Source: an uncultured Aliarcobacter sp.
Lineage (GTDB): Bacteria; Campylobacterota; Campylobacteria; Campylobacterales; Arcobacteraceae
NCBI GenBank assembly: GCA_963677435.1
Contig: OY781945.1
Coordinates: forward strand, 352,001 to 416,000
Length of the DNA: 64,000 bases
Reading direction: 5' to 3'
Both the position numbers and the translations under genes were made by a program. The notes below the pieces were generated by a model. That model did not search any database, was not told the DNA's origin, and was given only the letters and a program-made list of their open reading frames with translations. Numbering within the stretch: the stretch's first letter is position 1; every line of letters starts with the position of its first letter. Shown here one piece after another: positions 18,661-29,182 of this stretch.

Positions 18661-19274
18661 ATTAACTCGATAACTTCATTTGAAAGTTCATTTTCATCAT
18701 CATTTTTAATAGGAAAATGTTTTATAAGAATGGCTTTTGAAGTTCTTAATGCTTTTAAATAACCATTTAAGAAATCCTCTTTTTTCACATCTTCAATAAA
18801 CTCATAAACTAACTGTTGCCAAAATTCATTTGGAATCTCTTTTGCTATCTCTTCATCTGTTATAATTTCCACATATTTTTCATCCAGACTCACAAAAAAC
18901 ATTATTGCTTGTTTTGTTTTTGTTCTATTTAATCCAAGATTATGAAATTGCTCATTTGCATTTAAAGAGGCTTTTCTATGTTTGTAACTTTCTGGAAGAA
19001 TTTTTAAAACAAAACCATCAAATTTTTCAAATAATAGATTTATTCCTATAAAAATTAAAAGTTGGTATTGTAATAATTCCAAAGTTGATATTTCTCTTAT
19101 AAAATAAAGTATAAATGAAAAACAAAAAACAAAAAATATAGAGATCATAACAGAAGCGTACTTGTAACTTTTGCTTCTTTTAGTAACAACAGCTACAAGT
19201 TCTGCTGAACTTGATTTTTCAAGATTTTCTATCTCTTGAGCGATTAATTTTTTTTCATTTTCGTTTAAAATCAT
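18657..19274 (-). CDS. TPM-domain membrane protein
   Basis: Typical middle gene of lemA-TPM-TPM cluster; ...NELSNEVI C-terminus. Confidence 0.82.
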   Translation of the reverse strand: MILNENEKKLIAQEIENLEKSSSAELVAVVTKRSKSYKYASVMISIFFVFCFSFILYFIREISTLELLQYQLLIFIGINLLFEKFDGFVLKILPESYKHRKASLNANEQFHNLGLNRTKTKQAIMFFVSLDEKYVEIITDEEIAKEIPNEFWQQLVYEFIEDVKKEDFLNGYLKALRTSKAILIKHFPIKNDDENELSNEVIELI

Positions 19275-19867
19275 TAGAATTTAACTTTTGGAGTTTCTTG
19301 CTCTGCTGGACTTGCTGTAAAAGTCTCTTTGATTGTAGCTTCTGGATGAGCAATAGCAGCTACAAGTTTTCCAGGCATTGTTCTTAGTTCTAGATTATAA
19401 AGTTTTACTGCTTCAATAAAATCTTTTCGTGCAACTGTAATTCTATTTTCAGTTCCCTCAAGTTGAGATTGTAAAGCCATAAAATTTTCATTTGCTTTTA
19501 ATTCAGGATATTTTTCAACAACAACCATAAGTTTTGATAAAGCACTAGAAAGTCCTGCTTGTGCGTTTGAAAATTGTTGTAAAGCAGCTGGATTATTTAG
19601 TGTATCTGCATTAATATTCATAGAAGAAACTTTACTTCTTGCTTCTGTAACTTCAGTAAAAGTACTTTTCTCATGTTCTGCATAACCTTTAACAGTTTCA
19701 ACAAGATTTGGTATCAAATCAGCTCTTCTTTTATATTGATTTTGTACTTGAGACCACTTCTCTTTTACATTTTCATCAAGCTTTGGAATGTTATTGTAGT
19801 TAGATACTATTAAGTAGATTAAAGGTGCAACTATTGCGAGAATTACAAGGATTAAAACTTTTTTCAT
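19274..19867 (-). CDS. lemA: LemA-family protein
   Basis: WSQVQNQYKRRADLIPNLV, YPELKAN, LEGTENRI. Confidence 0.93.
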   Translation of the reverse strand: MKKVLILVILAIVAPLIYLIVSNYNNIPKLDENVKEKWSQVQNQYKRRADLIPNLVETVKGYAEHEKSTFTEVTEARSKVSSMNINADTLNNPAALQQFSNAQAGLSSALSKLMVVVEKYPELKANENFMALQSQLEGTENRITVARKDFIEAVKLYNLELRTMPGKLVAAIAHPEATIKETFTASPAEQETPKVKF

Positions 19868-20048
19868 ATTTCGCCTTTTTTAAAATTTATACATAGTATA
19901 AAAAATATCATTAATATGATATAAAGTATTAAAAAAATAAGGTTATTATATTAAGCAGTAATAAACTATAATCACTTTTGTGTAAAAACATACACAATTT
20001 TTTATTTTTTTGATAATCGATAAAATATAAACAATTTTTTAATGGATG

Positions 20049-20065
20049 TTGAATATGATTATCAA
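20049..20065. promoter_or_regulatory. Fur/PerR-like 7-1-7 box
   Basis: TTGAATATGATTATCAA versus TGATAAT-N-ATTATCA (2 mismatches), 35 bp before the 20101 start. Confidence 0.55.
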
Positions 20066-20100
20066 TAATTTTTTTTTAAAATCAAAACGGAGTATATAAA

Positions 20101-21747
20101 ATGAATGCATCAGAATTATTTGTAAAAGCATTAGAAAATGAAGGTGTTGAATATATTTTTGGAATTCCAGGTGAAGAAAATCTTGATTTTCTTGAAGCAC
20201 TTAGAACTTCAGATATTAAATTAATTCTAACAAGACATGAGCAAGCAGCGGGATTTATGGCAGCAACTTATGGAAGATTAACAGGAAAAGTTGGAGTTTG
20301 TTTATCAACTCTTGGCCCTGGAGCTACTAACTTCGCAACAAGTGCGGCTTATGCACAACTTGGTGGAATGCCTATGATGATGATCACAGGACAAAAACCA
20401 ATCAAAAAATCAAAACAAGGTAGATTCCAAATTATCGACATTGTTGGTATGATGAAACCTATGACTAAATATGCTAAGCAAGTTGTTAATGGAAATAATA
20501 TTCCATCAATGGTAAGAGAAGCATTTAAAATAGCTACAACTGAGAGACCAGGTGCTGTTCATATTGAATTACCTGAAGATATCGCTGCTGAAGAAGTTGA
20601 ATTTAATATCTATCCAGTAAAAGAATTCAAATATCCAAAAGCTGTAAAAGATACTATTGCAGATGCTGTTAAAATGATTGAAAAAGCAAAAAGACCATTA
20701 TTATTAATAGGAGCTGGAGCAAATAGAACAAGAATCGGAACAGCTTTAACAGATTTCGTTAATGAAACTGGAATTCCTTTCTTCTCTACGCAAATGGGAA
20801 AAGGTGTTATTGATGAAAATCATAAACTTTGTTTATCAACTGCTGCATTATCTAAAGATGACTTTATTCACTGCGCAATTGAAAGAGCTGACTTAATCAT
20901 CAATGTTGGACATGATGTTATTGAAAAACCACCATTTTTTATGGAAAATACTCCTGATGCTACAAAAGTTATTCATGTTAACTTCTCACCATCAGAAGTA
21001 GATGATACATATTTCCCTCAATTAGATGTTGTTGGTGATATTGCTTCAAATATTAATAGTTTAACAACTGCAATTTCTCCTCAAGAACATTGGGATTTTG
21101 ATTATTATATTAGAATGGTTGATGAAATTAAAACACATTTAAGTAAATATTTTGGAGATACAAGATTCCCAATCTTACCTCAAAAAGCTGTTAGAACAAT
21201 TAGACAAATTTTAGATGATGAAGATATTGTAACACTTGATAATGGAGTTTATAAAATCTGGTTTGCAAGAAACTATAGATGTGCTCAACCAAATACATTA
21301 TTACTTGATAATGCATTGGCAACTATGGGTGCAGGACTTCCTTCTGGAATGGCAGCTAAAATGGTAAATCCAACTAAAAGAGTTGTTTCAGTTTGTGGAG
21401 ATGGTGGATTCATGATGAACTCACAAGAACTTGAAACTGCTGTTAGATTAGGACTTGATTTAACTGTAATTATTTTAAATGATAATGCTTATGGAATGAT
21501 TAAATGGAAACAAACAGGAATGGGATTTGAAACTTATGGTTTAGATTTAAATAATCCTGATTTTGTTAAATATGCTGAATCTTATGGAGCACATGGTTAC
21601 AGACCAACATCTTGTGAAGATTTTGCTGAAACTTTAGAAAAATGTGTGAATACAAAAGGTGTTCACCTTATTGATTTAGCCGTAGATTATTCTTTAAATC
21701 ATGCAATTTTAAATGATTTATTAGCTAAAAAACAATGTTTAATATAA
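20101..21747 (+). CDS. ThDP-dependent enzyme, acetolactate synthase-like; candidate 2-oxoglutarate decarboxylase
   Basis: ENEGVEYIFGIPGEEN, RHEQ, GDGGFMMN...NDNAYG; no ilvN/ilvH small subunit adjacent; followed by an ALDH. Confidence 0.85.
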   Translation: MNASELFVKALENEGVEYIFGIPGEENLDFLEALRTSDIKLILTRHEQAAGFMAATYGRLTGKVGVCLSTLGPGATNFATSAAYAQLGGMPMMMITGQKPIKKSKQGRFQIIDIVGMMKPMTKYAKQVVNGNNIPSMVREAFKIATTERPGAVHIELPEDIAAEEVEFNIYPVKEFKYPKAVKDTIADAVKMIEKAKRPLLLIGAGANRTRIGTALTDFVNETGIPFFSTQMGKGVIDENHKLCLSTAALSKDDFIHCAIERADLIINVGHDVIEKPPFFMENTPDATKVIHVNFSPSEVDDTYFPQLDVVGDIASNINSLTTAISPQEHWDFDYYIRMVDEIKTHLSKYFGDTRFPILPQKAVRTIRQILDDEDIVTLDNGVYKIWFARNYRCAQPNTLLLDNALATMGAGLPSGMAAKMVNPTKRVVSVCGDGGFMMNSQELETAVRLGLDLTVIILNDNAYGMIKWKQTGMGFETYGLDLNNPDFVKYAESYGAHGYRPTSCEDFAETLEKCVNTKGVHLIDLAVDYSLNHAILNDLLAKKQCLI

Positions 21748-21767
21748 AAGATTGAAAGGTAAAGAAG

Positions 21768-23159
21768 ATGAGTACAATAGAAGTAACGTCACCATTTGAT
21801 GGAAAAGTAGTAGGGACAGTAAAATTCAGTACATATGAAGAAGTAGAGAGTGCAATAGATTTAGCACATGCTACTTTTTTAGATACAGCAAACTGGATGC
21901 CAAGATATAAAAGAGTTGAGATTTTAGAGAATGTAATGAAAATAATGTCTTCTCAAGTAGAAGAACTTACAATCCTTTGCGCAAGTGAAGGTGGTAAACC
22001 ATATATTGATTCTAAAGTTGAAATTTTAAGAGCTATAAATGGTATAAAAATTGCTATTGAACACCTAAGTGTATATGAAGGTAAAGAAGTAGCAATGGGA
22101 CATACAAATACAAGCGCAAATAGAATGGCTTATACTTTTAAAGAACCAATTGGTGTAGTTGCAGCAATTTCAGCTTTTAATCACCCTTTTAACCTAGCAG
22201 TTCATCAAGTAATTCCAGCACTTGCAGTTGGATGCCCAGTAATTATCAGACCAGCAACTCAAACTCCAATGAGTGCAATTAGATTAGTAGAAATTCTTGA
22301 AGAAGCAGGACTTCCAAAAGGATGGGCACAAGCAATCGTTTGTGATAGAAAAGGTGGTGAACTATTAGCAACATCTCCAAAAACAAACTTCCTAACATTT
22401 ATAGGTTCAGGACCAGTTGGTTGGTACTTAAACTCAAAAGTAAGCCCAGGTACAAGAGTAGCTCTTGAACATGGTGGAGTAGCCCCTGTAATTGTAGAAC
22501 CAGATGCAGATATTGAAGATATGATTCCAGCACTTGCTAAAGGTGGATTCTACCATGCAGGTCAAGTTTGTGTTTCTGTTCAAAGAATTTATGTTCATGA
22601 ATCAATCTTCGATACTGTAGCAAATAAATTAGCAGCAGTAGCTTCAAAATTAATAGTTGGTGACCAATTAGATCCAAAAACAGAAGTTGGACCACTAATT
22701 AATAATGATGAAGTAAATAGAGTAGAAGAATGGGTAAATGACGCAGTTGCAAAAGGTGCAACAATCCTAACAGGTGGGAAAAGAATAAGTGCTTCTTGCT
22801 TTGAACCAACTGTAATTTTAAATCCTTCAGATGATGCAATCGTTTCACAAAAAGAGATATTTGGACCAGTAGTTTGTATTTACTCTTATAAAACATTTGA
22901 TGAAGCAATAGCTAAAGCAAATTCACTAGAAGTGTCTTTCCAAGCAGCAGTGTTTACAAAAAATATAGACTCAGCATTAAAAGCAGTAAAAAGATTAAAC
23001 GCAACAGCAGTAATGGTAAATGATCATACAGCATTTAGAGTAGATTGGATGCCGTTTGGAGGAGCAAGAGTTTCTGGTCTTGGAATGGGTGGAATACCAT
23101 ATTCAATGGAAGAGATGAGTAATGAAAAAATGATGGTAATCAAATCACCAGTATTATAA
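21768..23159 (+). CDS. Aldehyde dehydrogenase, copy 1; candidate succinic-semialdehyde dehydrogenase
   Basis: AFNHPFN, FIGS, ALEHGG, HAGQVCVS, EIFGP, MPFGG. Confidence 0.9.
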   Translation: MSTIEVTSPFDGKVVGTVKFSTYEEVESAIDLAHATFLDTANWMPRYKRVEILENVMKIMSSQVEELTILCASEGGKPYIDSKVEILRAINGIKIAIEHLSVYEGKEVAMGHTNTSANRMAYTFKEPIGVVAAISAFNHPFNLAVHQVIPALAVGCPVIIRPATQTPMSAIRLVEILEEAGLPKGWAQAIVCDRKGGELLATSPKTNFLTFIGSGPVGWYLNSKVSPGTRVALEHGGVAPVIVEPDADIEDMIPALAKGGFYHAGQVCVSVQRIYVHESIFDTVANKLAAVASKLIVGDQLDPKTEVGPLINNDEVNRVEEWVNDAVAKGATILTGGKRISASCFEPTVILNPSDDAIVSQKEIFGPVVCIYSYKTFDEAIAKANSLEVSFQAAVFTKNIDSALKAVKRLNATAVMVNDHTAFRVDWMPFGGARVSGLGMGGIPYSMEEMSNEKMMVIKSPVL

Positions 23160-23184
23160 TAATTAGAAATCAGAAGAAATAAAT

Positions 23185-23217
23185 AAAAGCTAAGGTATAA
23201 ATGCCTTAGCTTTTTTT
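23185..23217. terminator. Intrinsic terminator, probably bidirectional
   Basis: AAAAGCTAAGGTAT-aa-ATGCCTTAGCTTTTTTT. Confidence 0.85.
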
Positions 23218-23228
23218 ATTTTAAAAAA

Positions 23229-23981
23229 TTAGGAGTCATGAACATATCCCATTCCATAGATATTTTTTATAAGTAACCCAGGTACCTTTTTTCTTAAACG
23301 ATAAATTAGACTTTTAAGATGTGTTATATCTGGAATTAAATCATATTCATCCGCCCAAATAATATCTATGAGTTTATCAACTGTACATATTTTACCATTA
23401 TCATTTAATATGGTTTCTACAAATCGAAGTTCATTTTTAGTTAATTCAATAGCTTTATTATCTTCTAATAACTTTTTTTTCTTTTTATCCCAAATTAAAG
23501 ATTCATTGATTTTAATAATATTAATATCACTATTTAATCGATTATGATAGATTTGATTACATAATTTAAATATATCTTCTAAAAAAGTGGTGTAATTAAT
23601 AGGTTTAGTGAAAAACTGGTGTATTCCTAAATTAATTAAAGGTAGTAGGTAGTTGAACTCATTTCTTGCAGATAAAATTATAACTAATTGGTCTTCTTTA
23701 ATTTTGTATATGGCATCAATTAATTCTACACCATCAAGATTTGGCATTTTTATATCAGAAATAATTAAATCATAATAGCTATTTGTACTTTCATAAAATT
23801 CATTATATTTATTAAGTGCATCTAATCCATCAACGGCTGTGGTAACTTTTGGAAAAATATCTAGGAGTAATTCTGAAAACTCCTTTCTAAAATCTATATC
23901 ATCTTCAACAAAAAGTATGTTTATATTTTTAGTATATTTTTTTAATAATCCATAGTCCATTAAAATCCTTAAGTGATACAT
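23229..23981 (-). CDS. OmpR-family response regulator
   Basis: VEDD, ISDIKMP, KP and C-terminal IYRLRKK...IYGMGY; true start may be the second Met. Confidence 0.9.
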   Translation of the reverse strand: MYHLRILMDYGLLKKYTKNINILFVEDDIDFRKEFSELLLDIFPKVTTAVDGLDALNKYNEFYESTNSYYDLIISDIKMPNLDGVELIDAIYKIKEDQLVIILSARNEFNYLLPLINLGIHQFFTKPINYTTFLEDIFKLCNQIYHNRLNSDINIIKINESLIWDKKKKKLLEDNKAIELTKNELRFVETILNDNGKICTVDKLIDIIWADEYDLIPDITHLKSLIYRLRKKVPGLLIKNIYGMGYVHDS

Positions 23982-24145
23982 AAATTAATCAAATTATAAA
24001 ACTCTTACACTTAGATAAATTGTGTAATAATCTATTTTTATAGAGGTTTTTATTAATTATACTATGATTTTGTTTATTGTATTATATATTATTATTTGGC
24101 TACTATTTAGTGATATACTGTATAAAAAATAAAAAAAGAGATATT

Positions 24146-25339
24146 ATGGTAGATAAAAATATTCTAAAAAACATAACTGTTCTTTATGCTGAAGATGAAT
24201 TTGTAATCCAAGAGGGGATAACTGAAACTCTAAATCTTTTCGAAATTAATGTTATTTGTGCAAAAAATGGACAAGAAGGTTTGTCTATTTTTAAATCATC
24301 AGATAAAAAAATAGATCTTATTCTTACTGATATAAAAATGCCAAAACTAGATGGAATTGGTATGATAGAGAAAATAAGAGAAATTGATAAAGATATCCCT
24401 GTGATTATTACTACAGCACATCAAGAAACAACTTTTTTAATGGAATCTATAGAGCTAAATATTAGTGCTTACATATTAAAACCTATTGATATTTATAAAT
24501 TAGAAGCCTCTTTAATAAAAGCAATTGAGTCAAAAGTATTAAGGGAAGAATTAATTGAGAAAAATATAAGACTTGAAATTGAAATCCAAAAAAATGAAGA
24601 AAAACAAAAAATTATGGAATCACAATCAAGATTTGCTGCTATGGGAGAGATGATAAGTATGATTGCTCATCAATGGAGACAACCTTTATCATCAATAGGA
24701 ACAGCATCTTTTAATTTAAAATATAAATTACTTACAGAAAAATTTGATTTAGAAACGAAAGAGGGAAGAGAAGAACAAGCTAATTTTTTTAGTAAAAAAT
24801 TTGATGAAATAGAATTTTATGTACAAAATCTTACTACAACAATAGATGATTTTAGAAACTTTTTTAAAACAGATAAAGCCGTTTCAAATACAGCTATTCA
24901 ACGGCCAATCAATAATACATTAAAGATTTTGCAAAAAGATATAGAAGCTAATAGTATAGAACTTGTATTAGATTTTAAAAGTCAAAATAAAATCAATATC
25001 TATGAAAATGAAATTACCCATGTATTTATAAATATATTAAGGAATGCCCAAGATAAGTTTTTAGAAAAAGATACTAAAAATGCAAAAATTGAAATTAAAA
25101 CTCAAGATTTAGAAAATGGTGTAGAAATTGAAATATATGATAATGGTGGAGGAATAGCAGAAGAAGATTTAAATATTATTTTTGAACCATACTTCTCAAC
25201 TAAAAAAGAGAAAAATGGTACAGGAATAGGTCTTTATATGTCAAAGATTATAGTTGAGAAAAACCATCAAGGAAAATTATTTGCTAAGAATACAAAAGAA
25301 GGTATTAGTTTTTTTATAATTCTAAATTGTATAATATAA
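24146..25339 (+). CDS. Cytoplasmic hybrid receiver-histidine kinase
   Basis: N-terminal REC (AEDE, TDIKMP), H-box IAHQWRQP, DNGGG, GTGIGL; start moved to ATG 24146. Confidence 0.88.
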   Translation: MVDKNILKNITVLYAEDEFVIQEGITETLNLFEINVICAKNGQEGLSIFKSSDKKIDLILTDIKMPKLDGIGMIEKIREIDKDIPVIITTAHQETTFLMESIELNISAYILKPIDIYKLEASLIKAIESKVLREELIEKNIRLEIEIQKNEEKQKIMESQSRFAAMGEMISMIAHQWRQPLSSIGTASFNLKYKLLTEKFDLETKEGREEQANFFSKKFDEIEFYVQNLTTTIDDFRNFFKTDKAVSNTAIQRPINNTLKILQKDIEANSIELVLDFKSQNKINIYENEITHVFINILRNAQDKFLEKDTKNAKIEIKTQDLENGVEIEIYDNGGGIAEEDLNIIFEPYFSTKKEKNGTGIGLYMSKIIVEKNHQGKLFAKNTKEGISFFIILNCII

Positions 25340-25367
25340 GCAAAAAAAGATATTCTGGAGTTAGTAG

Positions 25368-27848
25368 TTGAAATTTATTGTTTTATTTTTGTTCTTTTTT
25401 AATATTTTATTTGCGAACTCAGCTATCTTAACACAAGAAGAAAAAGAGTGGATAGATAACAATAGTATAAATATTGGTATTACAGATTTATATCCGTTAA
25501 GTTACTTAAATAAAGATTATCAAAGAGATGGTTTTGCAAATGATATTTTAGAACTTATTATTAAAAAATTTCAAATTAAAACAAAAACTGTGGATATAAA
25601 TAAAGGCAACATTGAGTTTGCTTTTGAAAACGGTGAAATAGATTTAGTACCAGTAATAAATAACTCAAAAATCAATAGTAAAGTTGCAGTTTACTCCTCT
25701 GAAATTCTAAAAGTAAAAAATATTATATTTGTAAAAAAAGAACAAAATAAAATTAATACATATGATGATTTAAATTATAAAAGAGTCGCTATTGTAAATG
25801 AAACAGGAAATATTTCTAGTATTAAAAAGAAATATCCAAAAATAAAAATAGTAGAAACTCAAAGAATAGATGAGTCGGTTCAAAAACTTCTTGGGGGAAG
25901 TGTTGATGCGCTAATTGCTTCACCAATTATTGTTCAAAAATATTTAGAAGATAATCTAATTATTGACCTAAAAGCTATGCCTCTTCTTAGTTTTGAACCT
26001 TCGATTTTTTATTTTTTTGTAAATAAAAATAAAAAAATACTGCAATCAATTTTAGAAAAAGGTTTAGATTCAATTTCAATTAAAGAGGAAAAAGAACTCT
26101 TTGATAGATGGTTTTTAAAAGATGTGGCAGATTTACCTTTGACTCTTACAGAAGAAGAAGTAAGTTATCTACAGAAAAAAACAAGTATAAATATGTGTGC
26201 TGATCCTGATTGGATGCCATATGAAAAAATAGAGAATCATAAACATATAGGTATCGTTGCTGATTATATGAAAGAGTTTGAAAAAAAGATTGGTGTTCCA
26301 ATAAAACTTGTAGAAACTAAAAATTGGACAGAATCTTTAGAATTTGTGAAAAATAGAAATTGTGATATTCTCTCACTAGTAATGGATACAAAAAATAGAC
26401 GAGAATATATGAATTTTACAAAAGCATATATAACAGCACCTTTAGTTTTAGTTACAAAAAGAAATCTAAATTTTATTAATGATTTAAATACTTTAGAAAA
26501 TAAAAAGATTGGTATACAAAAAGATTTTGCATTTAATGAAATAATTAGACGAGATTATCCAAATTTACAAGTTATTGATGTTAATCACTTGCGTGATGGT
26601 TTGAAAAAAGTTGAAAGGGGCGAACTTTTTGGTCAAGTAACAACGCATCTTAATGTTGCTTATGCTTTTCAAGAAGAGTTTTATGGTAGTTTACAAATAT
26701 CAGGTAAATTTGATAATGAATGGCATCTTTCTGTGGGTGTGAGAAATGATGACCCAATACTTTTGAGTATTTTTGAAAAAGTAGTTAATTCAATAAGTGA
26801 TGAAAGTAAACAGAAAATCATTAATAATTGGGTATCAGTTAAATATGAAAAAAGTATTGATTATAAACTATTTTGGAGTGTTATAAGTTTTCTGATTTTT
26901 ATTTTATTGTTAATTTTATATACCTATATTCTTCAGCGTAGATATATTAGAAAATTAACAAAAGTAAAAGAAGAAATAGAGATGTTAAATAGTACTTTAG
27001 AAAAAAAAGTACATATAAGAACAAGGGAACTTGAATTATCAAATCGAAAGTTAAAAATTAAAACTTTAGAACTTGAACATTTAAATAATACGCTAGACAC
27101 TAGAATAAAAGAGGAAATTAATAATAGAAAAAAACAAGAACAACTTTTAATTCAACAATCAAAACTCGCAGAAATGGGAGAAATGATAAGTATGATTGCT
27201 CATCAATGGCGACAGCCACTGAGTGCTCTTAGTACAATTATTCAAAATATACATTTGCGTTATTCATTAGATAAACTTGATAAAGAGTATTTAGATAAGC
27301 AAAGAATTTTAAGTAATGCTCTTACAGAAAAAATGTCAAAGACGATTGAAGATTTTAGAAACTTTTTTAAACCTAATAAAGAGAAACAAGCTTTCTCTAT
27401 TAAAGAAGTTATAAATCAAACAATTTTTCTTATTGATGATAGTTTTAAAAGTAACAGCATTAAAATTGAAAGTCAAATTTTAGATGATATAAAAATATAT
27501 GGTTTTGAGAGTGAACTCTCACAAGTGTTATTAAATATTCTTACAAATTCTAAGGATGCTTTTTTAGAAAAAGATATTGAAAATCCGCGTATTGTGATTA
27601 AAACTAAACGAATTGAAACTCATATCAAAATATTAGTTTCTGATAATGCAGGTGGAATTAGTGACTCAATTATCAATAAAATATTTGAACCATATTTTAC
27701 AACAAAAGATAGCTACAATGGTACAGGTCTTGGATTGTATATGAGTAAGATAATTATTGAACAAAATATGCAAGGACAATTAAAAGTAAAAAATATTCCA
27801 CAAGGAGTGGAGTTTACCCTTTATATTCCCATTAATTATAAAGAATAA
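25368..27848 (+). CDS. Membrane sensor histidine kinase with two periplasmic family-3 solute-binding domains
   Basis: Signal peptide, two LTxEE-initiated SBP repeats, one TM, IAHQWRQP, GTGLGL. Confidence 0.9.
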   Translation: MKFIVLFLFFFNILFANSAILTQEEKEWIDNNSINIGITDLYPLSYLNKDYQRDGFANDILELIIKKFQIKTKTVDINKGNIEFAFENGEIDLVPVINNSKINSKVAVYSSEILKVKNIIFVKKEQNKINTYDDLNYKRVAIVNETGNISSIKKKYPKIKIVETQRIDESVQKLLGGSVDALIASPIIVQKYLEDNLIIDLKAMPLLSFEPSIFYFFVNKNKKILQSILEKGLDSISIKEEKELFDRWFLKDVADLPLTLTEEEVSYLQKKTSINMCADPDWMPYEKIENHKHIGIVADYMKEFEKKIGVPIKLVETKNWTESLEFVKNRNCDILSLVMDTKNRREYMNFTKAYITAPLVLVTKRNLNFINDLNTLENKKIGIQKDFAFNEIIRRDYPNLQVIDVNHLRDGLKKVERGELFGQVTTHLNVAYAFQEEFYGSLQISGKFDNEWHLSVGVRNDDPILLSIFEKVVNSISDESKQKIINNWVSVKYEKSIDYKLFWSVISFLIFILLLILYTYILQRRYIRKLTKVKEEIEMLNSTLEKKVHIRTRELELSNRKLKIKTLELEHLNNTLDTRIKEEINNRKKQEQLLIQQSKLAEMGEMISMIAHQWRQPLSALSTIIQNIHLRYSLDKLDKEYLDKQRILSNALTEKMSKTIEDFRNFFKPNKEKQAFSIKEVINQTIFLIDDSFKSNSIKIESQILDDIKIYGFESELSQVLLNILTNSKDAFLEKDIENPRIVIKTKRIETHIKILVSDNAGGISDSIINKIFEPYFTTKDSYNGTGLGLYMSKIIIEQNMQGQLKVKNIPQGVEFTLYIPINYKE

Positions 27849-28118
27849 TCTTCATTAAGAATATTATTCTTTCATTAGATAGTCTTTAAACTTTTTTTCA
27901 AAAACCTTTATTTTTTCTACATTTATCAACATCACTATTTTTTATCTCCTCTAAGCTTTAAAATACTTATAAAAATACAACTTATGGTTACTTTTTCACT
28001 ACTCTTTTCCGTAATAATTAATTGTTTAGATTATTCATATATTACTTTTTGAAAAAGATTAAAACTTTGCAAATTAGTATTAGATGTATATCTTAGATGA
28101 AGAATAAAATCAAGTGAA

Positions 28119-29166
28119 AAAGGGGAGAAGTAATGTTAAATTTATTCAATAAAATTAGGAAGAATTTAATGACAACATCGATTGTTGCATTATTAAGTTT
28201 AGTAACAATGGTAGAGACTGCATCAGCAGCACAAAACTGGAGATTTGCGAATCTGTATGGAAGAGGGACAGCCTATGGAGAATTGTATAAAGATTTAGCA
28301 ACAGATATAGAGAAAAGAACAAATGGAGCAATAAAAGTACAAGTGCTTTTTTCAGGTGAAGGTGTAGGAACATCAGGATTATTAGGAGCAGCGAAATCAG
28401 GATTAATAACAATGGCAGCGCCATTTCAATCAATGCATGCAGGTGAATTACCATCAGGTATAGTTGAGATTGGTTTACCAGGTGGTACATCTGATACTGA
28501 TGAATTATATAAACTTTTCCATGAACAAGGATTTGGTGATGTAATGAAAAAAGCTTACGATGAACAAGGTCTAGTATGGTTAGAGCCATATATTCAACCA
28601 GCTGTTTATATTATTACTAAAAAACCAATTAACTCAATTGCAGATTTCCAAGGTCTTAAAATAAGAGCACCAGGAGCATATGGGAAATTCTTAAGAGAAT
28701 TAGGAGCATCACCAGTTTCTTTAGCATGGAGTGAGATTTATACAAGTTTAGCAACAGGTGTTATTGATGGTTCTATTGGTTCAAATATGATTGACCATAG
28801 AGATGGGAACCATGTAGAAGTAGCAAAATATATGTATAAATTGCCATTAGCAGGAGCACAAGTATTACCAATTGTTGTTAATAAAGCAGCATGGAATAAA
28901 TTGTCAGATGATTTAAAGAAAGAAGTATACGCAGCAACAGTAGATCACGCAAAAGCACAATTAGAGAACTCAAAAAAATGGGAGAAAGAGGCTTTAGATC
29001 AAATGGTAGCAAAAGGTTTACAATGGTCACCAGAGCCTTCAGAAGCAGATAAAGCAGCATGGAAAAAAGCTGGAGCTGGATTATGGGATGAATATTCTTC
29101 TAAAGATAAATATAGCAAAGAGCTAATTGATATTCTTAGAAAAAATGAAACAAAATAATTAATTTT
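28119..29166. repeat. Direct repeat B, copy 1 (1048 bp; RBS and dctP)
   Basis: Matches 30509-31556 at offset 2390; no difference seen by eye. Confidence 0.95.
28133..29158 (+). CDS. dctP: TRAP transporter substrate-binding protein, copy 1
   Basis: KPINSIADFQGLKIRAP, LGASPV, EIYTSLATGVIDG. Confidence 0.92.
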   Translation: MLNLFNKIRKNLMTTSIVALLSLVTMVETASAAQNWRFANLYGRGTAYGELYKDLATDIEKRTNGAIKVQVLFSGEGVGTSGLLGAAKSGLITMAAPFQSMHAGELPSGIVEIGLPGGTSDTDELYKLFHEQGFGDVMKKAYDEQGLVWLEPYIQPAVYIITKKPINSIADFQGLKIRAPGAYGKFLRELGASPVSLAWSEIYTSLATGVIDGSIGSNMIDHRDGNHVEVAKYMYKLPLAGAQVLPIVVNKAAWNKLSDDLKKEVYAATVDHAKAQLENSKKWEKEALDQMVAKGLQWSPEPSEADKAAWKKAGAGLWDEYSSKDKYSKELIDILRKNETK

Positions 29167-29182
29167 AAAATAAGGTCAAAAA

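Larger units (their letters stand above)
21738..23234. repeat. Direct repeat A, copy 1 (about 1.5 kb; RBS, ALDH gene and terminator)
   Basis: Near-identical to 33883-35378 at offset 12145. Confidence 0.95.

Noticed and set aside
24641..27220. Near-identical 45-bp stretches in the two histidine kinases
   Set aside because: Both encode the conserved H-box MGEMISMIAHQWRQP; explained by protein constraint.
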